From positions 88,419 through 152,418 of the forward strand of contig OY969099.1 in assembly GCA_963697875.1 (NCBI GenBank): 64,000 bases of DNA, read 5' to 3'. This document shows positions 27,021-39,783 of the stretch, in pieces (the stretch's first letter is position 1; every line of letters starts with the position of its first letter). Below the pieces are notes generated by a model. That model saw nothing but the letters and a program-made list of their open reading frames with translations, searched no databases and had not been told where the DNA came from. Position numbers and translations under genes: made by a program. The stretch comes from an uncultured Actinomycetes bacterium. Lineage in GTDB: Bacteria > Actinomycetota > UBA4738 > HRBIN12.

Positions 27021-28643
27021 TCTACCTCAGGGTGTCCACGAAGGAGCAGGCCGCAAAGGACGATTCGGGCGAGGGCTACTCCAACCCCCGCTCAGCGTGA
27101 GGCGTGCCTGCGGCTCGTTGCCGAGCGCGGATGGAACCTCGCCGGCGAGTTCACGGACGCTGGCGAGTCCGCGCGCACCGCCGACCGCCCGATGCTGAAG
27201 GCTCTCCTTCGCCGAGTGGCAGACGGCGGGATCGGCGCCGTCATCGTCCACAAGATCGACCGTCTTGCCCGCTCGATGGAGGACCATGTGGCCATCAGGG
27301 CGGCTCTTCGTCGCGGGGGCGTCCAGCTGGTGTCGGTGACCGAGAACATCGAGGAGACGGCCTCAGGACGGCTTGTGGAGGGCATCCACGCGCTGATGGC
27401 GGAGTTCTACTCGGCGAACCTGGCAGGTGAGATCCGAAAGGGCATGAGCCAGAAGGCGAAGATGGGCGGCTGGCCGACGAAGGCCCCGGTCGGTTACCTG
27501 AACGTTCGGGAGAAGATCTCGGGCAAGGATATCGCCAAGGTCGTCCTCGATCCCGAGCGGGCGCTGCTCGTGCGGGAGCTGTTCCGACTGTACGCGACTG
27601 GGGAGTACTCGCTTGCCGAGCTGCAGGCGACCATGCACGCGAAGGGGTTGACCTCGCCCTTCGCGAGAAGACCCGGCGCGCCGGTTTCGGTCTCCAAGCT
27701 CGCCGAGATGCTCGCGAACCCGTTCTATGTCGGAGTGGTGCAGTGGGACGGTGTGCGCTACCCCGGCCAGCACAAGCCGCTCGTTCCGCAGTCCTTGTTC
27801 GACCGGGTGCAGCAGACGCTTCGCTCCCGCGACGTCGCCGGGGTCCGCCAGCGTCGACACGAGCACTACCTGAAGGGGCTCCTTCACTGCGGAGAGTGCG
27901 GAAGGCGGCTGTCGCTCACGCTCGCCAAGGGCACGTACCTGTACTTCTACTGCCTGGGACAGCGAGGCACCGCCCGCACCGGGTGCCGCCAGCCGTATGT
28001 CCTCGCCGCCGACGCCGAGGCGCTCCTGGAAGAGCTGTACCGGCGGATCGAGCTGCCGAGGTCCTGGGTCGACCGGCTGACCGAGGAGCTGGAAGCGGAG
28101 ATCGTTGAGCGGCAGGCCGAGGCCTCAGAGCGGCGCGTCGTCCTCACGAGAACGCTCGCCAGGCTCGCCGAGGAGCGCGGCAAGCTGCTGCAAGCCTTCT
28201 ACGCGAACGCGATCCCGCTCGAGCTCCTGAAGGCCGAGCAGGACCGGATCGGCCTCGCCGAACAGGCGGCAAAGGCCGAGCTCGCGGCCGCGGAGGGCGA
28301 CCTCGACGGCTGGCAGGACGTCCTTCGCACCGCGATCCGACTCGCCGGCAACTGCTACGCCGCGTATATGAAGGGGCGCCAGTCGGTGCGGCGACGCTTC
28401 AACGACGCGGTCCTCGAGGCTGTGTACATCAAGAACCGACGGATCGGCCGGGCGGAGTTTTCCGACGTCTTTGCGCCGCTTTTCTCTCGCCCGAGTTCGA
28501 ATAAGAGCCTGAAAGTGGAGGTGGGGGGAATCGAACCCCCGTGTCCGGGCGACCGACTGGGGCTTCTCCGGGCGCATCCGGCGGGTGATGTCTCGCCTCG
28601 AGGCTCCCACCGGCGGAGGACCTCTCGGCCAGCCCGGGTGTGA
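27008..28643 (+). CDS. Large serine recombinase (integrase), +1 frameshift at ~27083-89; C-terminus runs antisense into tmRNA
   Basis: MDAVIYLRVSTKEQ (catalytic Ser) then stop at 27098; one base fewer gives PAQREAC...DAGESAR..DRP...VHKIDRLAR, recombinase domain and CxxC Zn ribbon. Confidence 0.88.
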
Positions 28644-28865
28644 TGTCCCTTACCGGCCCCCGGACGGAGCCGATCAGGTGAGCCTGCTCAGTGACGCCCG
28701 GCCCCCGACCGCAGGCACACGGGGCGGGCGGCTACCTAATTAATTAGGCAGCGAGCGCGTATTCAGTGTTGGCGCTTGTGTTTGTCCGGCGTTTAACGAG
28801 ACATCCGGGATCTCGGCCCGCTTCCCCCAGACGGAAACCGTCCGGATCGAAGCCAGTACACCCCC
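28516..28865 (-). ncRNA. ssrA: tmRNA; tag peptide ANTEYALAA
   Basis: 5' GGGGGTG pairs with 3' CACCTCC-A; T-arm GGGTTCGATTCCC; tag ORF 28773-28744; TATACT -10 upstream; smpB nearby. Confidence 0.95.
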
Positions 28866-28916
28866 GATTCAGTTGTGATCCAAGTATACGGACGCCGAGG
28901 CCCGGGGCTGAAGCCG

Positions 28917-30344
28917 TCAGGCGAGCTCGGGGGCGAGCTTCCCCGCAAGCTCCTGCACGACCTCGGCGATCAGCTCGACATCCTGGGGACGGTTGCGCCA
29001 GTTCACCGGCGCCGGCCGGAAGGCGACCTTCCCGTCGTAGACGGTGGAACCGAAGAACACGCGCCCGTCCTCGATCACCCCCGCGGCGACCCGGCCGTTC
29101 AGATCGTCGAGCTTGTCCTCGGGGAACCCAGGCGGTCTCGCACGGAAGCAGACGATGTTGAGCGGGACGTCGGCCAGTCGCTCCAGGTCCGGCGCCTCGT
29201 CGACCCGCGCGGCGAGGTGCTGCGCCAGATCGAGGCTGTTCTCGACCACCGCGCGGTGACCGCTCCGGCCGTAGGCCCGCAAGGTTGCCCACACGGCGAA
29301 CGCCCGACAGCGCCTCGACATCTCGGGGCCCAGGTAGCCCCAGTTCGGCTTGGGATCGTCCAGCGCGGGCAGGTAGGCGGCGCCCTCGCCGAACACGCTC
29401 GGCTGCAGCGACCGGTCGCGGACGAACGCGAACCCGCAGTCGTAGGGAACGTTCAGCCACTTGTGCCCGTCGGCGATCACGGAGTGGGCACGCTCGACGC
29501 CCTCCACCAGGTGGCGCGTTCGGTCCGACAGCGAGGCGAACAGCCCGAACGCACCGTCGACGTGCAGCCAGGCGCCGTGGCGATCGGCGAGATCGGCCAT
29601 TGCCGAGATCGGATCGAAGTCGCCCGCGTTCACCTCGCCGGCGCTGCCGATCACGATCGCGGGCGCGCCGTCGAGCCCGCCGAGGGCTTCCTCGAGCGCC
29701 TCCAGGTCGAGCCGGCCGACGGGGTCGCGCGCGAGCTTGTGAACCTGCGCGCGACCGATCCCGAGCATCCCGAGCGCCTTCGCATCGCTCGGGTGCACGT
29801 AGCCGCTGCCGAAGACGTGCACGGGCGGGAGACCTGCGAGCCCGACCTCGTCGACGTCGACCTCTCGCTGCAACCCGCACCAGCGCCGGGCGCACGCGAG
29901 CGCCACGAAGTTCGCCATGGTCGCCCCGCTCGTGAGCACGCCTCCCCACTCGCGAGGCAGGCCGAACAGGTCGCGCAGCCACTCGAGCGCGATCCACTCG
30001 AGATGTCCGCCGAGCGGCGAGGAGACCCACGCACCCGTGTTCTGGTCGAGCGTCGACGCGATCCAGTCCGCACCGAGGGCGGCCGGCGTGCTCCCTCCGT
30101 TGACGAAGTGGAAGAACTTCGGTCCCGCCGAGTGGACGGCGCCGTCGATGCCGCCGACGAGCTCCTCGAGGGCCCGGACGGCGCCGACGCCGTCTTCGGG
30201 AAGCGCTGCTTCGAACGACGACGCGACCTCCTCGGCGCGCGGGTCGCGCACCGCGCGTTCGGCGATGCCCTCCAGGTAGCGGGCCGCCTCGCGCGACGCG
30301 AGGTCGATCACGTCGGAAAGCTCGTCTGGTCGAGGGGCAGCCAT
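28917..30344 (-). CDS. PLP-dependent (group II) decarboxylase family protein
   Basis: LTSGATMANF, AGEVNAG.FDP, WLHVDGAFG, DGHKWLNVPYDCG. Confidence 0.92.
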   Translation of the reverse strand: MAAPRPDELSDVIDLASREAARYLEGIAERAVRDPRAEEVASSFEAALPEDGVGAVRALEELVGGIDGAVHSAGPKFFHFVNGGSTPAALGADWIASTLDQNTGAWVSSPLGGHLEWIALEWLRDLFGLPREWGGVLTSGATMANFVALACARRWCGLQREVDVDEVGLAGLPPVHVFGSGYVHPSDAKALGMLGIGRAQVHKLARDPVGRLDLEALEEALGGLDGAPAIVIGSAGEVNAGDFDPISAMADLADRHGAWLHVDGAFGLFASLSDRTRHLVEGVERAHSVIADGHKWLNVPYDCGFAFVRDRSLQPSVFGEGAAYLPALDDPKPNWGYLGPEMSRRCRAFAVWATLRAYGRSGHRAVVENSLDLAQHLAARVDEAPDLERLADVPLNIVCFRARPPGFPEDKLDDLNGRVAAGVIEDGRVFFGSTVYDGKVAFRPAPVNWRNRPQDVELIAEVVQELAGKLAPELA

Positions 30345-30370
30345 GGAGCACGAATCCTACCCGCGACGGC

Positions 30371-30841
30371 TCACCGTCGCCGCCCTGCGGCGCGGAGCAT
30401 CTCGCGCTCGGCCTCACGCTTGGCGATCGCCTGCCGCTTCTCGTACCTGCGGCGCCCACGCGCCAGCGCCAGCTCGACCTTCGCCAGGCCGTGCGTGAAG
30501 TAGACGCGGAGAGGTACGAGCGACAGTCCCCTCTCCTGCGTCACTGCATCGAGGCGCTCGATCTCGCGTCGGTGCATGAGCAGCTTCCGGGGCCGCGTGG
30601 GCTGGTGCGCTCGCGTGTCGCCCTGCTCGTAAGGCGGCACGTGCATCCCCTCCAGCCACATCTCACCGTCGCGGATCCGGGCGAAGCAGTCCACCAGCGA
30701 CGCACGACCCGCACGCAGCGACTTCACCTCGTCGCCGGTCAGGCGGATCCCCGTCTCGAACCGTTCCAGCACGTCGTAGTCGTGGCGCGCCTTGCGGTTG
30801 GAGGCGACGGTCTTCTCGCCCTCCTCGCGCCTGCCGGCCAT
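30371..30841 (-). CDS. smpB: SsrA-binding protein
   Basis: NRKARHDY, E.GI.L.G.EVKSLRAG, R.RKLL.HRREI, KVELALARG. Confidence 0.97.
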   Translation of the reverse strand: MAGRREEGEKTVASNRKARHDYDVLERFETGIRLTGDEVKSLRAGRASLVDCFARIRDGEMWLEGMHVPPYEQGDTRAHQPTRPRKLLMHRREIERLDAVTQERGLSLVPLRVYFTHGLAKVELALARGRRRYEKRQAIAKREAEREMLRAAGRRR

Positions 30842-30845
30842 CGGC

Positions 30846-31754
30846 TCACACGTCGAGGAAGCGACGCATGCCGATCCACCCGGCGACGACGGAGACCCCG
30901 GCGGCCGCCAGGACGATCCACGGAACGATCGCGAGGACGTCAGTGTTGCGGATCAACGGCACGTAGGAGATCTCGCCCCGCAGCCGGTCGATGAACACGA
31001 CCTTCAGGATGAGCAGCGCGAGGATGGCGGCGAACGCGCCCAGCAGCGCCTCGACGAGGCCCTCGATCAAGAAGGGCGTTCGGATCCGCCAGTTCGTCGC
31101 GCCGACGAGGCGCATGATGCCGATCTCCTTGCGGCGGGCGAACATCCCCATCCGCAGCGTGTTCGCGATCAGGAACAACGCCGACACGAGCATGATCAGT
31201 GCGATCGCGATGACCCCGAACTTCAGGACGTTGGTGATCACGGTCAACCGCTCGAGGACGGCGTGGAAGTCCGCCACCTGAGTCACACCCGGCGCCTTGC
31301 ACGCCACCTGGCCGTCCAGCACCTCGCATCCGAGCGCCGCGGTGATCTCGTTGAACCGGGACGGGTCCGAGAGGTGCACCCGGAGCGAGGTCGGGATGAC
31401 CTTGTTGCAGTCGACGTTCTCGATGAACACCGGTTGGTTGGCGAAGAGCGCGTTGAACCGATCGCAAGCCGCCTGCTTGTCCTCATACGTCACGCTGGCC
31501 ACCGCCGGCAGGCGTTGGAGCGTGTCCGTCAGGCTCGCAACCACGTCGGGCTTCGCCGGATCTTCGAGGTAGACGGCAACCTCGACGTTGCCGGTCCAGG
31601 CGTCCTTGATCAGCGCGAACTCGCGCGCGATCAGCAGCGCGAACCCGAGCAGGAACAACGCGATGAACGCGGTCGACATCGCGGCGAACGCCACCACCCC
31701 GTTTCGGCGAAGCGCCGCCGCGGTCTCGCGGAAGTAGTACTCGATGCGACGCAC
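30846..31754 (-). CDS. ftsX: Cell division permease FtsX
   Basis: IANTLR....ARRKEIGIMRLVGATNW.IR.PFLIEG; downstream of ftsE. Confidence 0.95.
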   Translation of the reverse strand: MRRIEYYFRETAAALRRNGVVAFAAMSTAFIALFLLGFALLIAREFALIKDAWTGNVEVAVYLEDPAKPDVVASLTDTLQRLPAVASVTYEDKQAACDRFNALFANQPVFIENVDCNKVIPTSLRVHLSDPSRFNEITAALGCEVLDGQVACKAPGVTQVADFHAVLERLTVITNVLKFGVIAIALIMLVSALFLIANTLRMGMFARRKEIGIMRLVGATNWRIRTPFLIEGLVEALLGAFAAILALLILKVVFIDRLRGEISYVPLIRNTDVLAIVPWIVLAAAGVSVVAGWIGMRRFLDV

Positions 31755-32435
31755 CTAGGAGTACACCCCACGTGACTGGTCGCGCACGACCTTTCCCCGC
31801 TCGAGCTCGATCACGCGTTTGCGCATCGCGTCGACGATGGCTTGGTCGTGCGTGGCCATCACCACGGTCGTGCCGATCTTGTTCACCTTGTCCAGCAGCC
31901 GCATGATGTCCACGCTGGTGTTCGGGTCCAGGTTGCCGGTGGGCTCGTCGGCCAGCAGGACGAGCGGCCGGTTGACGCAGGCTCGAGCGATCGACACGCG
32001 CTGCTGCTCGCCGCCCGAGAGCTCGTCGGGATAGCTGTTGAGCTTCTCGCCCAGCCCCACGTACTCGAGGATCTCGGGCACGCGCTGGTCGATCACGTGC
32101 TTCGGCTTCCCGATCACCTCCAGGGCGAATCCGACGTTCTCGAACACGGTCTTGTCCTGCAGCAGCTTGAAGTCCTGGAAGACGCAGCCCATGTTCCGGC
32201 GGAGCTTCGGCACGCCGCTCCACGAGGACAGCCGGGACAGGTTCTTGCCGGCGACGTAGACCTCCCCGTCGGTCGGGTCCTCTTCACGCAGCAACAGACG
32301 AAGGGTCGTCGACTTCCCGGAACCCGACGGGCCGACGACGAAGACGAACTCGCCCTTCTCGACCTCGATGGACACGTCCTCGAGGGCCGTCACGCCGTTC
32401 CGGTACTGCTTGGAGACGTGCTGGAGACTGATCAT
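31755..32435 (-). CDS. ftsE: Cell division ATP-binding protein FtsE
   Basis: [37 protein letters not shown]. Confidence 0.97.
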   Translation of the reverse strand: MISLQHVSKQYRNGVTALEDVSIEVEKGEFVFVVGPSGSGKSTTLRLLLREEDPTDGEVYVAGKNLSRLSSWSGVPKLRRNMGCVFQDFKLLQDKTVFENVGFALEVIGKPKHVIDQRVPEILEYVGLGEKLNSYPDELSGGEQQRVSIARACVNRPLVLLADEPTGNLDPNTSVDIMRLLDKVNKIGTTVVMATHDQAIVDAMRKRVIELERGKVVRDQSRGVYS

Positions 32436-32519
32436 CGTTCGTGGGGAAGCGGAAAAGTCGGTTCACCCTATCAGAGCCCTTCGCACGGACCTTGGAGGCG
32501 GCCCCGATACCCTGTTGCG

Positions 32520-34907
32520 ATGTCGTTGCGCCGGATCGCCGCTGCGTGCGCCGGCCCACTCCTCATCGTGGCGTTCGTCGCGTTCGCCCTGCGCGGCTTC
32601 GTCTTCCACGACGCGCTGACCGACACCCACCCCGACCTGCTGGCGTTCTGGCTCCCGCGCTGGAGCTTCCTCGGACGTTCGATCGCGGCGGGTCACGTCC
32701 CGATCTGGAACCCGTACGAGATGACGGGCTATCGGTTCGCGGCCGATCCGCAGAGCGGCTGGCTCTACGTCCCCGCGATGCTTCTGTTCTCCCGACTGTC
32801 GCCCGGCGCGGCGATGCGCGCGATGGTGGTGCTGAACCCCCTGCTTGCCGGCATAGGGGTCTACGCCTTCCTCCGCGTCGAGGGGTTCGGACGCGTGGCG
32901 GCCACCGCGGCCGGGCTGTCACTCGCCGCCGCCATGTCCACGAGCGAGATCGCGTTCGCGATGCCGTTCGCGGGAACGCTCGCCTGGTCTGCGGTGACGT
33001 TGCTCGCGGCGGCGGGTGCCTTGCGATCCGGTCAGTGGTCGGGCCGGATCGCCTGGCTGGCGGCGGGAGCGTTCGGCTGGTCGCAGGTCGCGAGCGCGCA
33101 TCTGTCGCACGGGCTCGCGATCGCAAGCGCGTTCGTCGTCGCCTATCTCCTCGCCAAGACGGTGGGCGCGACTCTCCGTGGGGATGGAGGGGCGGCGCCG
33201 GCGATCGCCGTGACGCTCCTGTTCCTCGTAGCCGTTCCGCTCGCGTCGATCGCGGTCGTGTGGCCTCGCATCGCGTTCATCGACGCGTCGAGCCTCGGCC
33301 AGGGCTACGACCGGCTGGGTGCCGGTGTCGGCCTGGTGGCTCCGGCAGAGGAACAGCCGATCCGCACGGACGGCGTCTGGGCCGGGTGGCCGCTCGCATC
33401 CAGCGCAGCTCCGGGCGCCTATGCGGGCGCGGTCGTCCTCGTCGCCGTGCCGGCGGCGATCCGGGCCCGGCGACGCCGCGCGCTCGTCGCTGCGTTCGGG
33501 CTGGTGGCGGCGGGCGCGTACGTGGTGCTGCTGGAGGCCGTGATCGGCGCCGGGGCCGTCCGCGACCTGATCCTCCGGCTCCCGTACGGCGACGTGCTGT
33601 TGCACAACCCGGGTCGCATGCGATACGCCCTCGTCCTTGCGCTGCCCGTGCTCGGAGCCGCCGGGATCCAGGGGTTCGTCGACGATCCGCCACCCGTGCG
33701 GCGTGCACTGTCGTGGCTGGCGGTGGGCGCCGTCCTCTGGCTGGGGATCCCTGTCGCCGCCGGCGCGCAGCTCGTGCGATGGTCGGTGTTCGCGATCGCG
33801 TTGGTTCCCGCCGTGGCGACGCTGGTGCTGATGGCACGGCGGCCCTCGTGGAGGGTCGCACCGCTGGCGGTGCTCTGCATCGAGCTCCTCGCCGCCGGGG
33901 TGCTCGCCGGCCGATGGACGGGCGACGAGATGCGGATCGGGCTCGGAGACGACACGCCGCTCGCGTTCCAGCCCAGCCGCTCCGCCGACGTCGATCTGCC
34001 TGCCTTCCTGCACCCCACGGACCTGATCGGCCGCATCGGGACGGCTCGCTACCTCACGTGGGTGCCTCCGGACACCGCGTACGAGAAGGGGTACCTGTTC
34101 TCGCAGCAGCCCAGCGATTGGCCCGACCTGACCAACGAGCGGGGCTCGCTCTTCGGCGTGCGCGACGTCCTGGGCTACAACCCCGTGCAGCTGCCCCGGT
34201 ACTGGGCGTTCATCCGCACGGTCGACCAGCTCCCGATCTTCTACAACACGTCGGTCGTGCAGCGGCCGACCACCGGGATCGACGACCTCCTCGGTGTCCG
34301 ATTCCTGATCGTCCCGGAGGAAGTGGTCCCGCCGGTGCCGGGCAGCGTCGTTGCCACCGACCGCGGGTACGACCTGGTCCGCGTGCTGCATCCCGTCCCG
34401 CTCGTATCCGCCCCCACGACCGTCCATGTGGTTCCCGACGCCGCGGCCGGGCTGCGCGAATCGCTCCGCCCCCGATTCGACCCGTCGGAGAGCGTGGCGC
34501 TCGAGACCGATCCCGGGATCGCGACCGGTGGTCCTCCGGGCTCGCTCTCGTACGAAGGGACCGACGACGGCCGGCTTCGGATCGGCGCCGATCTGCGATC
34601 CGACGCGGTCGTGCTCGTGCGGACCGCCTACGACCCCGGATGGTCAGCCACCGTCGACGGACGCCCCGCACCCGTCCTTCCCGCCGACGGCTTCCTTCAA
34701 GGGATCCCCGTGCCGCGGGGCACGCACACCGTGCTGCTCTCCTATCGCGACGACGCGATCTTCGAGGCGCTGTGGTGGTCGGGCGCGGCCTGGAGCATCC
34801 TCCTGACTGCGCTCATGGTCGCGCTGGTGATCGAATGGCGTGGGGCCTCGCGCGCTGGCGAGCTCAGTTCGCCTCCGCCGCCCGCCGCCGAAGCTCCGCC
34901 TCGATGA
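32520..34907 (+). CDS. YfhO-family polytopic membrane protein (GT-C-like)
   Basis: G..PIWNPY...G..FAADPQ; C-term [11 protein letters not shown]......ADG...GIPVP.G.H.V. Confidence 0.8.
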   Translation: MSLRRIAAACAGPLLIVAFVAFALRGFVFHDALTDTHPDLLAFWLPRWSFLGRSIAAGHVPIWNPYEMTGYRFAADPQSGWLYVPAMLLFSRLSPGAAMRAMVVLNPLLAGIGVYAFLRVEGFGRVAATAAGLSLAAAMSTSEIAFAMPFAGTLAWSAVTLLAAAGALRSGQWSGRIAWLAAGAFGWSQVASAHLSHGLAIASAFVVAYLLAKTVGATLRGDGGAAPAIAVTLLFLVAVPLASIAVVWPRIAFIDASSLGQGYDRLGAGVGLVAPAEEQPIRTDGVWAGWPLASSAAPGAYAGAVVLVAVPAAIRARRRRALVAAFGLVAAGAYVVLLEAVIGAGAVRDLILRLPYGDVLLHNPGRMRYALVLALPVLGAAGIQGFVDDPPPVRRALSWLAVGAVLWLGIPVAAGAQLVRWSVFAIALVPAVATLVLMARRPSWRVAPLAVLCIELLAAGVLAGRWTGDEMRIGLGDDTPLAFQPSRSADVDLPAFLHPTDLIGRIGTARYLTWVPPDTAYEKGYLFSQQPSDWPDLTNERGSLFGVRDVLGYNPVQLPRYWAFIRTVDQLPIFYNTSVVQRPTTGIDDLLGVRFLIVPEEVVPPVPGSVVATDRGYDLVRVLHPVPLVSAPTTVHVVPDAAAGLRESLRPRFDPSESVALETDPGIATGGPPGSLSYEGTDDGRLRIGADLRSDAVVLVRTAYDPGWSATVDGRPAPVLPADGFLQGIPVPRGTHTVLLSYRDDAIFEALWWSGAAWSILLTALMVALVIEWRGASRAGELSSPPPPAAEAPPR

Positions 34908-35974
34908 AGCGGTCGAGGTCCCCGTCGAGCACACGCTGGGGGTCGCCGACTTCGACGTCGGTTCGATGGTCCTTCACCATCTGATAGGGAGCCAGGACGT
35001 AGCTGCGGATCTGCGACCCGAAGTCGACCGCCTTGCGCTCGCCGCGGATCTCGTTGAGCTCCTCCTCCCGGCGGCGGCGCTCGAGCTCGAACAGCCGCGC
35101 TTTGAGGATCCGCAGCGCCACCGCCTTGTTCTGCAGCTGCGACCGCTCGTTCTGGCACGCGACCACGATCCCGGAGGGAAGATGGGTGATCCGCACCGCG
35201 GAGTCGGTCGTGTTCACGCCCTGACCGCCGGGACCGGTGGAGCGGTAGACGTCGATCCGAAGGTCCTTTTCGTCGAGCTGCACGTCGTCCTCTTCCGACT
35301 CCTCGAGCAGCGGGATCACGTCGAGCGCCGCGAAGCTCGTCTGGCGGCGCTTCTGCGCGTCGAACGGTGAGATCCGGACCAGGCGGTGAACACCGTGCTC
35401 GGTCGACAGGAGACCGTATGCGTTCTCGCCGTGCACCGTGAAGGTGGCGGACTTGATGCCCGCCTCCTCTCCGGGATGGATCTCGTCGACCTCGAGGTCG
35501 AACCCCTCTTCCTCGGCCCAGCGCTCGTACATGCGCAGCAGCATCTGGGCCCAGTCCATGGACTCGGTGCCCCCGGCGCCGGCCTGCAGCGTGGCGATCG
35601 CGTCGTGCGTGTCGTACGGGCCGGAGAGCAGCGCCGCGAGCTCGAGCTTGTCCAGGTCGCGCTCGAGCGAGCCGAGCGACTGCTCAAGCTCGTCGGTCAA
35701 CCCGGGATCGGATGCGTCCGCGAGCAGCTCGTCCATCGCGGTTGCGTCATCGAGCCTGCGCTGCAAGGAATCGAGGCGATCGAGGTCGGCGGTCAGCCGT
35801 GCGAGCTTCGAGGTGATCCGCCGCGCCGCCTCGGGATCGTCCCACAGGGACGGGTCCGACGCCCGCTCCTGGAGGTCGGCCGTGGCCGCGCGCTTGCCGT
35901 CGACGTCAAAGGAACCCCCTGGCCGCGCGGACGCGGTCGGTCAAGCGCTCCAGGCGGTCGGTGTGCTCGCTCAT
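34864..35974 (-). CDS. prfB: Peptide chain release factor 2 with programmed +1 frameshift at 35906-35911
   Basis: [22 protein letters not shown] then AGGGGG-TTC-CTT-TGA-C; GGQ and SPF motifs in second frame. Confidence 0.95.
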
Positions 35975-36013
35975 CGCCGGAAGTGTATCGGCGGCCACCT
36001 TGCGTGGCCCCGT

Positions 36014-36493
36014 ATGCTCCGGGTCGTGGGTGACCTCGCACGGTTCGAAGCCGTGCTCGCGCAGGCGACGGATGCGGGCACGTCCCTCGTCGTCGAGGAC
36101 GCGCGACCGGTGGCGATCGCCTTCTTCGACGGGCCTGCGGTCGATGCCGAGACGGTGCAGGGGCACGGCGGCGACCCGGTCCACGTCGACGCGACATCGG
36201 TGCTCGCTCGATTCGACGAGCCGGCCCGGGTGCTCGAGGCATGGCTCGCACTGGCCGAGAGGGACGGCGGGGCGCGGGGCGGCGCGGCGCTCGGCCTGAT
36301 GCATCGCGAGGATCTGGCCCGCGTGACCGCGACCGAGGCCGCCGCGCTCGCGGATCACGCGGCCGGAGGCACCCTGTGGATCAGCTTCGACCTCGCGATG
36401 GCCGTTCCGCTCGGAGGCGGCAGGTACACGGTCGAGAAGGTCGATCAGGACTCTCTCGTCCAGTCGTGCTTCCGGCTGACGTTTCGCGCGTGA
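36014..36493 (+). CDS. Hypothetical protein, possibly degenerate class III nucleotidyl-cyclase fold
   Basis: GTGA-coupled to GNAT; pattern ..VLARF......AAALADHAAGGTLWIS. Confidence 0.5.
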   Translation: MLRVVGDLARFEAVLAQATDAGTSLVVEDARPVAIAFFDGPAVDAETVQGHGGDPVHVDATSVLARFDEPARVLEAWLALAERDGGARGGAALGLMHREDLARVTATEAAALADHAAGGTLWISFDLAMAVPLGGGRYTVEKVDQDSLVQSCFRLTFRA

Positions 36494-36942
36494 ATCTCCG
36501 CGCGCTCCGACCGGGCGATGCGGCGGTCTGCGACGCGGTCATCGCGGGGCTTCCGGCGTGGTTCGGGATGCAGGAGGGCATCGACGAGTGCGCCGTCGCG
36601 GTCCGCACGCAGGACGGCTTGGTCGTCACCGACGGGCCCGCCGTGATCGGGTTCCTGACGTGGCAGCCGCTCGACGGCCGCGGAGCGGAGATCACATGGA
36701 TGGCGATCCGCGCCGACCGGCGGCGGTCGGGAGCCGGGCGGATGCTGATCGAGGCGCTCGTCGATCTGTGCGGTCTCCATGGCGTCGAGGAGCTGCGGGT
36801 GAAGACGCTCTCCGAACGCATGACGTATGCGCCGTACGCCGAGACCCGTGCGTTCTATCGGGCGATGGGGTTCGACGCCGTCGAGGAGTTCGACGCGTGG
36901 GGACCCGAGAACCCGGGCGTCGTCATGGCTCGGCGGTTGTGA
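36490..36942 (+). CDS. GNAT family N-acetyltransferase
   Basis: LPAWFG, EITWMAI...RRRSGAGR.L, VKTL, YAETRAFY..MGF. Confidence 0.88.
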   Translation: MNLRALRPGDAAVCDAVIAGLPAWFGMQEGIDECAVAVRTQDGLVVTDGPAVIGFLTWQPLDGRGAEITWMAIRADRRRSGAGRMLIEALVDLCGLHGVEELRVKTLSERMTYAPYAETRAFYRAMGFDAVEEFDAWGPENPGVVMARRL

Positions 36943-36951
36943 CCGGCTTGC

Positions 36952-39699
<2,748 letters not shown>

Positions 39700-39783
39700 C
39701 GGGGGTCCTTTCGTCGATCTTCCCATCGATCCGACGTTGCGCTTCGATTGTAGCCGCGGGTCTGATTCACGCCGCGACGGGGC

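Larger units (their letters stand above)
19269..28519. mobile_element. Integrative element (~9.25 kb) inserted at tmRNA 3' end; serine integrase + replication-relaxation protein + mau/ECF cargo
   Basis: Direct repeat AAGTGGA at 19269-75 and 28513-19; 11-bp inverted repeat 28492-28502/19290-19300 flanks reconstituted attP; cargo visibly AT-richer than backbone. Confidence 0.85.

Noticed and set aside
28516-28545. tRNA gene (GGTTCGATTCCC T-arm)
   Set aside because: It is the tRNA-like 3' domain of tmRNA
28744-30459. 571-aa ORF ending in ANTEYALAA
   Set aside because: Chance open frame running into the tmRNA tag reading frame
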